Positions 1 through 8,984 of a stretch of 64,000 bases of DNA are shown here, piece by piece. How positions within the stretch are numbered: the stretch's first letter is position 1; each line of letters opens with the position of its first letter. The translations under genes were made by a program, and so were the position numbers. The stretch comes from Opitutia bacterium (lineage in GTDB: Bacteria > Verrucomicrobiota > Verrucomicrobiia > Opitutales > T3Sed10-336), in contig JBJHCF010000001.1 in assembly GCA_050506795.1 (NCBI GenBank), positions 128,001 to 192,000 on the forward strand, in the 5' to 3' direction. The notes beneath the pieces are model-generated. The model had not been told where the DNA came from, made no database searches, and saw only the letters and a program-made list of their open reading frames with translations.

Positions 1-2353
1 GGCTTTCGGCCCGACGAAGCTTGTCCGTTTCGTCGCCGGATTCGAGATAAACGAGCGGTATTCCGGCCTGCCGGGCGCGCACCGCCAGATGGGAGAGCAG
101 GGGGATCGGCTCGAGGACCACCAATCCGGTCACCGGGGCCGGGATGTCTTCATCACCGGTGGCCTTTGGCAAAAGCACGATGGTGGCCTCGGCACAATCT
201 TCTTTGATTTGCTCCAATCTTTCGACCGCGTTGAGGCGGCCGCGGGCAGTACCCGGCGCCAGGGGCTCACACGAGTGCTCGCCTGCGGTGTTGCCCTGTT
301 CCCGCAGCAACAGGCTGTTCAGTTTGGCCAGTTGAAAGACCAGGTCGCGACGCAGTTCCGCTTCACAGAACAGGCTGATGTCTTTTTCCGGGATGCCCAG
401 CGCTTGCCCTATGGTCTCGGCGGCGCGGCGAAACAGGTCGATAACCCGATCGGCGATGGTGTCGCACAACCTGCGAACGCGACCGATCGAAGCCTTCAGT
501 CTGGCGAGGGCGAGAGGGTCGGAGGCCCGGAAGCCCGGGAGGAGACTGTCGATTTCGTGGCGAATGGCGCGGATTTCTTCGGTCCAGGCGCCGTTCAGCT
601 CCATCTGCCGCAGGGTCAGGCTCAGCGTTTCCAGCGCCTTCTTCCATTGAAACCGTTTGGCGGATGTCAAACCGTTCAACAAGTCGCTGAGGGCGGGAAA
701 GGCGAAAGCTTCCAGTTCGATTTCCGCCAGCCGGAAGGCCTGGGCGGAATGGGCTTCGCGTTTTTCCGCTTCGGGGACCAACACAGCCCTCAGGTGGGTG
801 ACGGCATGAAATCGTTTGAAAGAGCCGGAAGCGCCTTGGGGGTTACGGGAAGAAATCTCGAGGAATCTCTGCAGAGCGGCCAGCCCGTCCCCGGAGAGCT
901 CCTCGCGCAGGGGTTCCAGGCGTTCGGCCAGGCTTTGGGTGTTGAAAAAGGTCTGCAGTTCGCGATGGAAGGTTTGAAATTCGGAGACAAATTCCGCCGG
1001 GTAGTCCCCGTTTTCGATCCTCGCGAGCAGTTTCTCCGAGGTCTGCAAATCCTCCGGTCCGGCGCAACGGTGAAGCTTGTTCTGGAGGGAGTGTTTGATC
1101 TCGTTCTTGAGCTCTTTGGGGATGTCGTTTCGGTGAGCGATATCGCGGATACGAGTCAAGGGTTCCGCCCGGGTAAAGGGGGTGTCGTACGACGGCAGGT
1201 TGGCATGGATACGCCGAAGAATCAGTGCGTTGTCGTCATTTTTCCAGGCTCGGAGTTTGTCGTCGATAGCGGCGCCGGTTCTGGCGTGGTGGCTTGGCCG
1301 GAAGTGCCGGGAGTCCTCGCGGCAGGGAATTCGGCCGGTGTGCAGCCAGCGCAGGTAAACTGCCAGAAAAGCCAGGTTTTCCGGCGGCAGGGGATCCGCG
1401 GATTCGTCCAGGAGGTGCTCGACCCCTTGCAGTTTTTCACGCCAGCTCCGGGCTTTCCGGTCGGTATCGATGAGGCGTGCGGCAAACGGGTCGGACGAAG
1501 ACGCGGCGGGGGAGGGGCGGGGCGAAGCAGGAGAATCCTCGTCCGTGCCGTGCGATTCGCCGATCAGGGCGGCCAGCCGGTCCCGTGACTCGGTCAGGCG
1601 CTCCGGTGGATCGGGCCAGACCTCCATGATGGCGCTACCTTGAAATTGTATCGCCTGCAGCCGTTCGATGAGTCCCCGAATTCCGCGGTCGTTTTCGCCT
1701 GCGGGACCGGTGAACAACGGAAGGTGGGCGTCACGGTCGCCGTAATTCTCATGCAGGTGGAGGTGAACAACCGGCACTTCAGGTGAAAGTCGGTCGAGGA
1801 ATCCCAGATAGTCGTTGCGAGTGGCGGCACAGAGATTGGCGTGACCCAGGTCGAAACAGAGGCCCACGTGGCGGTTTGGCAGCTTCGGCTGAGCCCGCAG
1901 AACCTTAAAGAACGCGTTGAAATCCTCGGGCCCGGTGAGGGGAGTGTTCTCCAGGGCCAGAACCACATTCATGGCCGCCGTTTGTCGAATCAGGGGTTCG
2001 ATTGCTTCCAGGAAAGCTTCCGGGCCCTGTTCGGTTTGCAAGTGAATATTGAATACAGCCGCACCGAGGTCGCGGGTCAACGCCAGGGCCGGTTCCGCCG
2101 GGACCGACTCTTCCGGTCGCAGCGGATCCAGCCCGAGGGGGGCGTGGACGGACAGGCGAATATCGTGGTCCCGAGCGGTTCGCCGGATCGCATCCCGCGT
2201 GTCCCGGTCGAGATCCGACTCGGTCCAGGTCTTGTCGGGGAACCACTCGAACGCCTTGAACCCGTGCGAAACCGCGAATTCAAAGGGCGCCATCAGCGCA
2301 GGAGCGAATGCGGCGGTTTGATTGCCGACACGGATTTCGAAAAGCGGCGTCAT
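1..2353 (-). CDS. TIM-barrel (xylose isomerase/AP endonuclease 2-like) + phosphoglucan, water dikinase (PWD/GWD3)-like fusion protein; partial, runs off window start
   Basis: Translated by hand from ATG at 2353 (MTPLFEIRVGNQTAAF...); the frame is open to the window edge and absent from the ORF track. N-terminal TIM-barrel motifs: LSVHAP, LALEN, LCFDLGHAN, HLHLHEN, DAHLPL, IMEVW. PWD motifs: SWREKL, AVYLRWLHTGRIPCREDSRHFRPSHHA, LPSYDTPFTRAEPLTRIRDIAHRNDIPKELKNEIKHSLQNKLHRCAGPEDL, KATGDEDI, and the phospho-His motif LLSHLAVRARQ (His codon 89-91). Confidence 0.9.
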   Translation of the reverse strand, partial: MTPLFEIRVGNQTAAFAPALMAPFEFAVSHGFKAFEWFPDKTWTESDLDRDTRDAIRRTARDHDIRLSVHAPLGLDPLRPEESVPAEPALALTRDLGAAVFNIHLQTEQGPEAFLEAIEPLIRQTAAMNVVLALENTPLTGPEDFNAFFKVLRAQPKLPNRHVGLCFDLGHANLCAATRNDYLGFLDRLSPEVPVVHLHLHENYGDRDAHLPLFTGPAGENDRGIRGLIERLQAIQFQGSAIMEVWPDPPERLTESRDRLAALIGESHGTDEDSPASPRPSPAASSSDPFAARLIDTDRKARSWREKLQGVEHLLDESADPLPPENLAFLAVYLRWLHTGRIPCREDSRHFRPSHHARTGAAIDDKLRAWKNDDNALILRRIHANLPSYDTPFTRAEPLTRIRDIAHRNDIPKELKNEIKHSLQNKLHRCAGPEDLQTSEKLLARIENGDYPAEFVSEFQTFHRELQTFFNTQSLAERLEPLREELSGDGLAALQRFLEISSRNPQGASGSFKRFHAVTHLRAVLVPEAEKREAHSAQAFRLAEIELEAFAFPALSDLLNGLTSAKRFQWKKALETLSLTLRQMELNGAWTEEIRAIRHEIDSLLPGFRASDPLALARLKASIGRVRRLCDTIADRVIDLFRRAAETIGQALGIPEKDISLFCEAELRRDLVFQLAKLNSLLLREQGNTAGEHSCEPLAPGTARGRLNAVERLEQIKEDCAEATIVLLPKATGDEDIPAPVTGLVVLEPIPLLSHLAVRARQAGIPLVYLESGDETDKLRRAES

Positions 2354-2389
2354 AAGTTCGAGGCGGCGATCGTGCGCCGGCCGGAGGAG

Positions 2390-2971
2390 TCAGCGGGTTC
2401 TCGCAGTGTTGAGTGCGTCGCGGGTGCGCCTCTTGAGAATCTTAAGTTTCTTTTCCACCGCCTTGAGATCTTTTTTTTGCATGCGGTCGAGAAAGAGAAT
2501 GCCATCTAGGTGGTCGACTTCGTGCAGCAAACAACGGGCGAAAATGCCGTCACATTCCAAGGTATGGGGCCGGCCTTCGAGGTCCTGAAAATCGACCTGG
2601 ATGCGTTCGGGGCGCTCGACTTCGCCGCGAATGTCCGGTATGGAAAGACACCCTTCCTCGGAAATGCTGGTTTTGGTGTCGGGAATCCGAATCATCGGGT
2701 TGGCGACCGCCAACGGCATGATCAGCTCAGCGGGAAGGTTGGAGCGGCCGTCGAGCTCGAAGTTGAACGCGTCCTGGGCATGACGGACGTCGACCACGCA
2801 GAATTGAAGCGCTTTCCCGATCTGCTGAGCGGCCAGGCCGATTCCGTCGGCCTCATGCATGGTTTCGACCATATCTTGAAACAGCGTCTTGAGGGCGGCA
2901 TCGAATGACTTCACCGGCTGGCCTTTTTGACGTAATCGGGGATCGTTGTACTGGACGATGGAAAGAATCAT
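2390..2971 (-). CDS. def: peptide deformylase
   Basis: Motifs GIGLAAQQ, EGCLS and HEVDH; start taken at MILSIVQYNDP. Confidence 0.97.
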   Translation of the reverse strand: MILSIVQYNDPRLRQKGQPVKSFDAALKTLFQDMVETMHEADGIGLAAQQIGKALQFCVVDVRHAQDAFNFELDGRSNLPAELIMPLAVANPMIRIPDTKTSISEEGCLSIPDIRGEVERPERIQVDFQDLEGRPHTLECDGIFARCLLHEVDHLDGILFLDRMQKKDLKAVEKKLKILKRRTRDALNTARTR

Positions 2972-3035
2972 GATTCTGCAGCGCAATTTACCGTAAAGCG
3001 GTTCGATGTCCAGACTGCGGAGAAATGCTTGCCAC

Positions 3036-3923
3036 CTACAGCCCGGACCAGATCAGGGCCAGAGGGACTACCGGAGTCAGGAGTAGGATTCGGGAGAGGC
3101 ACCGGGCTGACAGGCCGTCGACCAGGTGACCGAACTGCGCCAACAGGAATAGGTTCACCGCCGCCGCCGCCACCGCGATCAGGATGGGAGCGAAGTCAGC
3201 GTTGACCGGCATTGGCGCCAGCGCGAGCGCCAGCAGGGCCACGCCCGCACTGATCCAGGCCGACTTGAGATTTCTTTGGAAAAGCCGGGGTGCGAAAGGC
3301 TTTCTGGCTTTGAGCCGGGCGTTCCATTCGAGCACTGAGGACGTCCAGAAACCGAGGGTCAGCAACACCAGCAGCAGGACCAGCAGCGAAGCAACCATGG
3401 CAGGGGCGAAAACTCCGTTGACCAATACAAAAAGGCTGATCAGGCCAGTGCCGAAAAGCGCGTGAGCGATCTCTCGAGGCGCGAGGATTTCGATGTGGCG
3501 GAAGTAGAACAGCCCGCATACCAGATAGATGGCGGCTAACGAGCCCAGCATGAACAGCCCCGTTTGTTCCAGCCAGGTCATCCGGGTAGCGGTGATGATC
3601 ACCAGCGAGATCAGCACGAAGGGGCAGATGGTCAGCAGGGGCCAGCGCTCGGCGTTGAAAAATCCGATCCGCGGATCGCCGGATTCGAGGTTGGCGTTCC
3701 AAACCGCCCGCACGCTGCGGTTTAGGATCAGAAAAAGCCACATCGAACCGAAAACCACCATATAGTGCGGGCCGTGCAGTGGAACGTGCAGGATGTGGGC
3801 AAACAAGGCAAGCCACACGGCGATGACAGCCGGAGTGTCCAAAGCCATAAGCGCAAACCAGTGCCACAGAGGAATTTTCTCTAATGATTTCGATTCCAAT
3901 CTCGCACCAAAATGCTGGGGCAT
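3036..3923 (-). CDS. multi-pass membrane protein (distantly UbiA-prenyltransferase-like, function unknown)
   Basis: About 9 hydrophobic segments; ALDTPAVIAVW motif near the N-terminus; start uncertain (3923 ATG or 3938). Confidence 0.65.
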   Translation of the reverse strand: MPQHFGARLESKSLEKIPLWHWFALMALDTPAVIAVWLALFAHILHVPLHGPHYMVVFGSMWLFLILNRSVRAVWNANLESGDPRIGFFNAERWPLLTICPFVLISLVIITATRMTWLEQTGLFMLGSLAAIYLVCGLFYFRHIEILAPREIAHALFGTGLISLFVLVNGVFAPAMVASLLVLLLVLLTLGFWTSSVLEWNARLKARKPFAPRLFQRNLKSAWISAGVALLALALAPMPVNADFAPILIAVAAAAVNLFLLAQFGHLVDGLSARCLSRILLLTPVVPLALIWSGL

Positions 3924-3939
3924 TTCTTTCACTGGCAAG

Positions 3940-4198
3940 CGGAAACTGGCCGGGATTGGAGGGTGAACTTGGACCTTGCGGTGAATTTAGTGACTGAGAA
4001 AAGCCTGGAGTAGTGGGCTTCGCCGCGGACCATGCGATGTAAAAAAAATGTAATTGCTTGTAAGTTAATATATTATGGATTGAGTGGAGCTCTGGATACT
4101 GATTAGAAAGGGTGTGACTGGCAGTTGTTTTACTCAATTCAGTCAAAAACAGCATTCCCTGCAAACGCCGGCATCTTGTCATCGATCCATCGCCTTCT
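3940..4198. promoter_or_regulatory. AT-rich divergent promoter region
   Basis: Visibly AT-rich tract (tgtaattgcttgtaagttaatatattat) between divergently oriented genes. Confidence 0.4.
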
Positions 4199-4702
4199 AT
4201 GGAAAATCCGCAAAAAAACCGCATGACCACCAGGGCGGCCCTGGAAGAATTGGTCGAAAATATTCGATGCTCCGACAAACGTGTGGAAGATCCGCCTGCG
4301 TCCGCGAAGGAACGGCGGCTTCAACCGGTCTCCCTTGAGGGGCATCGTCGGTCGCGGACCGGGCATTTCGTCGCTTCAGTTGCCAGCGAGAGCGAGCTGG
4401 AGCGGGAGCGGGAGCGATTGGATCGTAGGTCCGTTCAACTCGACCGTATGGAGGAGATCCTGCGCAAGATGTTGCGTGCGGTCGAGCGAAGGGAAGACGA
4501 AATCCGCGAACGGGAACGCCGCCTGGCCCGCTCGGAGATAGACGACGACATGAAAATCGAAATCCTTCGCCGGGAACAGGCCTTGCGGGAAGCGGAGGAA
4601 CGGCTCGCCGAGCGCGAGCGTTTCGTCAGGGAAACGGAAACTCTTTTGCTGGAGAAGGCCCGGGAGATTAAAGGATCGCATCCCGGTTCGGCGAGGACTT
4701 AG
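4199..4702 (+). CDS. hypothetical coiled-coil protein
   Basis: E/R-rich heptad-like C-terminal half (ELERERERLDRR...REQALREAEERLAERERFVRE). Confidence 0.65.
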   Translation: MENPQKNRMTTRAALEELVENIRCSDKRVEDPPASAKERRLQPVSLEGHRRSRTGHFVASVASESELERERERLDRRSVQLDRMEEILRKMLRAVERREDEIRERERRLARSEIDDDMKIEILRREQALREAEERLAERERFVRETETLLLEKAREIKGSHPGSART

Positions 4703-5274
4703 GAGTCTGCCGGGGTCGCCGTCCCGCGAGTCCTGGATGTCCGCAGCGCGAGATATGCGATTCCGCCCAGATAGGCGGTGATAAGGGAAATGGCCGCGAT
4801 TGCCAACCAGCGGAATTCGGCCTTTGCGCTGCCGGCTAAAAGCCCGAGCACCATGACAGCCAGCATGACGGTCAGAAGGTAGTGGCTGAGCTCGAAGTGG
4901 GAGATTCGACGCCCTGGGGCAGCTATACGAGCCCGCGTTGGAGAGGCTTCCCGACTCTGCCTTTCCGCCGGGAGCGGCGGTCGGGGGTGGGCGCCGGGTT
5001 CCACCAACGAAAAGCGCCTTTCCGACCTCCGGCGCTGTTGTGAGACACCGAAGGTCGGTTGGTTGGGGAGGAGCGAGGGATGAAATCGATCATTGCCACC
5101 GAATGTTTCCTTCTTGCCGAAGCGGTCCGACACCCGCACCCAGCGATTGAGATCGCTTTGCCAGTAAAGGAGATCTTCGGACAGGAGGCCGCGCTCCCAA
5201 AGGGTGCGCAGGGCGTCCTCGCTCGTGGAGATGGGATCCCTTTGGCCCGGCTTGGTGATGTAAACCTTTTTCAT
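4699..5274 (-). CDS. GYF_2/DUF4339-like domain membrane protein
   Basis: N-terminal LRTLWERGLLSEDLLYWQSDLNRW pattern, Pro/Arg linker and two C-terminal TM helices; ATG at 5274. Confidence 0.6.
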   Translation of the reverse strand: MKKVYITKPGQRDPISTSEDALRTLWERGLLSEDLLYWQSDLNRWVRVSDRFGKKETFGGNDRFHPSLLPNQPTFGVSQQRRRSERRFSLVEPGAHPRPPLPAERQSREASPTRARIAAPGRRISHFELSHYLLTVMLAVMVLGLLAGSAKAEFRWLAIAAISLITAYLGGIAYLALRTSRTRGTATPADS

Positions 5275-5482
5275 GAGGAGAGTTCCGGCGAATCGGGAGA
5301 ATGACCAGGGTTGTCCCGCGTTCGGCACACGTCGATTGCCGGCGAGACCATCATAGGTTGGAGGCACGACCGGTTGATCGTATGCCGATAAACATACGCT
5401 CAAAATCTATCCCGTAAAATAAGGATAAAGATTGATTTGCCATAGGGGAATCCCCTATGGATGGATCGCCAATTGTTTTTGC

Positions 5483-5842
5483 CTAAATTGGCCGGATGTA
5501 AACGAAGACCACCGCCAACAAACCGAGTGCCAGCGTGATCCACCACAAGGGCGTCGCGGCGGAGGGTTTACGATTGATGGCGACAATCAATCCTCCCAGG
5601 ACCAGCCAGATTACGATTTTGGCGATAATCCAGGGGTGAAAGGTGTTGTCGTAGAGTCGTGCCAGCAGACCGAAACCCGCCACCAGCATGAGCAGCAGAC
5701 CGACTCCGCTGGTAATGGAGCCCAGACGACGCACCTTTTTGTCGTCGCTTCCGGCCATACTGCGTCCGAGAAGGGCGCCGTAACCCATAAAAAGCATTAT
5801 CACCCCGAGAAGGTGCAGCACAGAATAGAACTGAGGAGACAT
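5483..5842 (-). CDS. small 4-TM membrane protein (SirB-like/hypothetical)
   Basis: MSPQFYSVLHLLG... four hydrophobic helices with WIIAKIVIW motif and C-terminal RPI. Confidence 0.75.
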   Translation of the reverse strand: MSPQFYSVLHLLGVIMLFMGYGALLGRSMAGSDDKKVRRLGSITSGVGLLLMLVAGFGLLARLYDNTFHPWIIAKIVIWLVLGGLIVAINRKPSAATPLWWITLALGLLAVVFVYIRPI

Positions 5843-5988
5843 AGGGCGGACTTTATGAACAGGTATTCCGATGGTGCAACAGGTTTTGTCTTCTGAATAC
5901 GCAGAATCCGGCCACTGGAAACGGAACGGCTTCTCAAAGACGATAGATATTTCGGAACCTTTTGGCGGATCCTGTGTCTTGGCGCCAG

Positions 5989-6660
5989 ATGAATCCTGGT
6001 ATTCTTTTCCTCGGGCGGATGTATGGCTGCGCCGCTTTGGCGCTTTTTTTTTCGGTGACCGCGGTCGCCGAAACCTCAAACGTCGAGGTCAAGCCGGCGC
6101 CCCAACCGGATGAACCGCAGATTGTTTACCGGTTGACGGATGATGCCGACCGCTGGGACCCGGAGATCCGTAAAAGGATCGTTGAGTCGATGGATTACGC
6201 GGTGGGTCTCTACAACGAACTGGGGGTTTTTCAGAAGAAAATCACGGTGCGTTACAATCCGGCGACCCCCACGGCCGACGGGAATTTCAACGGACACATC
6301 AACTTCGGCGGGCAGATGAGTCCGCGGACCGCGTTACACGAGATCGCTCACACTCTCGGGGTCGGCACCCACCGTCGGTGGCGGCAGTTGACCGAGGACG
6401 GTCGCTGGACCGGAGAGCACGCACTGGCCCTTCTGCGGGAGTTCGACGGCCCTGATGCGGTACTGAATGCCGATCGGCACCATTTCTGGCCTTACGGGTT
6501 GAATTACGAACACGAATCCAGTGAGGAAAACGACCGTCGTCACGTGCTGATCGTTGAAGCCCTGGTCCGCGACATGGGCCTCGGACCCGAGGTGCCGGTC
6601 ACCGCGACCCCCGAGTCGGCGACTCCCGCGGCGGCCGCGGGCGAGGATACGGATTCCTAG
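5989..6660 (+). CDS. secreted zincin-like metalloprotease domain protein
   Basis: Signal peptide, PTADG, HEIAHTLGVG zinc motif, HFWPYGLNY. Confidence 0.75.
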   Translation: MNPGILFLGRMYGCAALALFFSVTAVAETSNVEVKPAPQPDEPQIVYRLTDDADRWDPEIRKRIVESMDYAVGLYNELGVFQKKITVRYNPATPTADGNFNGHINFGGQMSPRTALHEIAHTLGVGTHRRWRQLTEDGRWTGEHALALLREFDGPDAVLNADRHHFWPYGLNYEHESSEENDRRHVLIVEALVRDMGLGPEVPVTATPESATPAAAAGEDTDS

Positions 6661-6713
6661 ATCGAGGATTTAGTCGGGTTCCCGGTTCTTTGGGTCCGGC
6701 TTCCCGATTGGAC

Positions 6714-8096
6714 CTATCCCAGACTGTCGACGTCCCAGCCTTCACGGGCGGGATTCTTAAGCAGGGCGTTGGCGGTCGGATTGTTGGGAATCCGCATATT
6801 CTCGGCGTCGAAAATCACACTTTCACCGGTGCGAATGGCGAGTGTTCCCAGGAGCACCATTTCATTAAGCGGAGCGGCGATTTCGAAGTTGGAGCACGGT
6901 TGGGAGCCGTCGCGGATACCGGCCAGCCAGTCCTCCACGATATTACCCCGTGCCCTGGGCAGCGTACGCCCGGGGCGCATTGAAGGGGTTTCACGAAACT
7001 CCTGCCAAAGGGCTTCGGGGTACAGACGGGGACTTCCCGGTCGCATGTTCGGGTGGGCGATAACGCCCTTCTCACCAATCATGATCAGGCCGCCGTCACC
7101 CCAATCCGACACCGGCGGAAAGTCGTATCCTTCGGGAAGTTCGGGTTGAGAGGGGCTTTCGTACCAGGTGATCTTCACCGGTGGCTTGCCGTTTCTTTCC
7201 GCGAAACGATAGGTTACGATCGAACCGTCCGGGGTGTAGAGCGGGTTGACCTCTTTCACTTCCACGTCGATCCGTTCCGGGTGGGGCAGGTCGAGAACCC
7301 ACACCGGCGTGTTCAGGGTGTGGCAACCGATATCGCCCAGCGCACCGGCGCCATATTCCCACCAGCCCCGCCAGAAGAAGGGATGGATGTCGTTGTTGTA
7401 GCCCAGATCCTGCGTCACCGGGCCCAGCCAAAGATCCCAGTCCAGGCCTTCCGGAACATCCTGGGCCGGGGGGTACTCGTGACGGGTTTCGCGGAACCCG
7501 ACCCCGCTGGTCGGACGGTCGGTCCAGGCGATAATCTCGCTTACGTCGCCGATCAGTCCGGCCTGGTACCACTCCTTGACGAGGCGGATGCCTTCGTAAC
7601 CTTGCCCCTGGTTTCCCATTTGGGTGATCAGACCCTTTTCGCGGGCCAGGTCGCGCAGGACGCGGCCTTCCCAAACCGAATGGGTCATGGGTTTTTGAAT
7701 GAAAACGTGTTTTCCCATTTTCATCGCCATATAGGCGACGGGGAAGTGAGCCCGATCGTGAGTGGAGACGCCGACCGCATCGATCTGATCACCCATTTCC
7801 TCAAGCATCTTTCGAAAGTCCTGATAGACCTTTGCTTCCGGCCAGCGCTCCGAGGACTGACGCAGGTTCCAACTGTTGAGGTCGACATCGCAGAGGGCCA
7901 CCACGTTGGTGTCGCTTGCCCCGCGCACATCTCCTCCACCCATGGAACCGACACCGACCCATGCGACATTGATCCGGTTATTGGCGCCGAGCACGTTAAT
8001 CGGCAGCAGGTAGGGGACCGTCGCCGCGGCGGCGAGGCGACCGATAAAGGAGCGACGACTGAGTGGGGCGGCGGATTGGCTGGAGGTTCTTTGCAT
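6714..8096 (-). CDS. Tat-exported Gfo/Idh/MocA oxidoreductase
   Basis: SRRSFI Tat signal; GVGSMG Rossmann motif; HVFIQKPM; DWDLWLGP; GALGDIGCH. Confidence 0.93.
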   Translation of the reverse strand: MQRTSSQSAAPLSRRSFIGRLAAAATVPYLLPINVLGANNRINVAWVGVGSMGGGDVRGASDTNVVALCDVDLNSWNLRQSSERWPEAKVYQDFRKMLEEMGDQIDAVGVSTHDRAHFPVAYMAMKMGKHVFIQKPMTHSVWEGRVLRDLAREKGLITQMGNQGQGYEGIRLVKEWYQAGLIGDVSEIIAWTDRPTSGVGFRETRHEYPPAQDVPEGLDWDLWLGPVTQDLGYNNDIHPFFWRGWWEYGAGALGDIGCHTLNTPVWVLDLPHPERIDVEVKEVNPLYTPDGSIVTYRFAERNGKPPVKITWYESPSQPELPEGYDFPPVSDWGDGGLIMIGEKGVIAHPNMRPGSPRLYPEALWQEFRETPSMRPGRTLPRARGNIVEDWLAGIRDGSQPCSNFEIAAPLNEMVLLGTLAIRTGESVIFDAENMRIPNNPTANALLKNPAREGWDVDSLG

Positions 8097-8117
8097 AAGC
8101 TGATTCGAGTCAAAGAA

Positions 8118-8984
8118 TCAAGCCTCAGTCAAGCCGATACGCCGGATCTCGAACGGTTCGTCAAGCAACTCGCCGAAGGCCAGCCGGGGGCCGTTCCGGT
8201 CACCGGTCAATTCCTTGATTTCCGCCTCCGTCAGCAGCAGGGAAGCGGTGGAAAACGCATCGGCCATCGCGGCTGTGGCGGCGATAATCCACACCCGGCG
8301 AAACATCGTTTCCGGTTGTTCCTCTTCCGGGTGGAGAATATGGGCTCCTTGAAACCCGGTGCCCGAAGCGCTCAAAGCCTCTTCTCGCAAGGAGATTTTT
8401 TCCTGATGCGTTTCGCCCTGAAGCACGGCGGGCCATTCCCGTGGCCCCATGCACAGAAGCGTGCTTCCGGCGCAGCCCACCAGTGCGGATTCGATCCCCG
8501 CTTCGCGAAGAACCCCAGCCAAGTGGTCCAGGGCGTATCCCTTGCCGATTCCCCCCAGGTCGATCTGGCGTCCGGGTTCGATGCATCGCGCGAGCGGTCG
8601 GTCGGGCGCCAGTTCAATGCGTCCGGCGAGCGGCGGAAGATCCCCCTCCTGTCCCTGCTTGCGGTGTTCGATGCGAGCGCCGAGGGTCACATCGAAAAGA
8701 CCTCCGGTCACCCCGTAGGCGAGGGCTGCCAGCTTCAGGCATTCGTAGGTCGCTTCCTCAATAAAAAGCTGTTCTCCGGCCCGAAGGGAATTGATGCGTG
8801 AAATGTCGCTTCCTTCGCGGTAGCGGCTGAGTACGGACTCCAACCGCTCCAGTTCACGAAAGCAGGCCCCTGCTGTTCTCAGGGCGTGGGCGCGGTCCGG
8901 GTGTTCGATCCGCAGGGAAAAGATGGTGTTCATTGCCTGCTGGTCGAAGCGGTGCAGGTTGGGAATTTCGCTTAGTCCAATCAT
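8118..8984 (-). CDS. apbE: FAD:protein FMN transferase (ApbE family)
   Basis: AMNT, SDISRIN, TGGLFDVT, DLGGIGKGYALD, GAHILHP, ADAFSTA; ATGA overlap with the upstream stop; no signal peptide evident. Confidence 0.9.
   Translation of the reverse strand: MIGLSEIPNLHRFDQQAMNTIFSLRIEHPDRAHALRTAGACFRELERLESVLSRYREGSDISRINSLRAGEQLFIEEATYECLKLAALAYGVTGGLFDVTLGARIEHRKQGQEGDLPPLAGRIELAPDRPLARCIEPGRQIDLGGIGKGYALDHLAGVLREAGIESALVGCAGSTLLCMGPREWPAVLQGETHQEKISLREEALSASGTGFQGAHILHPEEEQPETMFRRVWIIAATAAMADAFSTASLLLTEAEIKELTGDRNGPRLAFGELLDEPFEIRRIGLTEA

Noticed and set aside
89..1588. 499-aa plus-strand ORF (and 1841..2509)
   Set aside because: Antisense shadow in register with the real minus-strand PWD-like gene; no motifs.
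7053..8801. Long plus-strand ORFs such as 7053..8801, 12201..13499, 16336..18246, 21476..22759, 52239..53978 and 59944..61197
   Set aside because: Antisense shadows of well-supported minus-strand genes, common in high-GC DNA.
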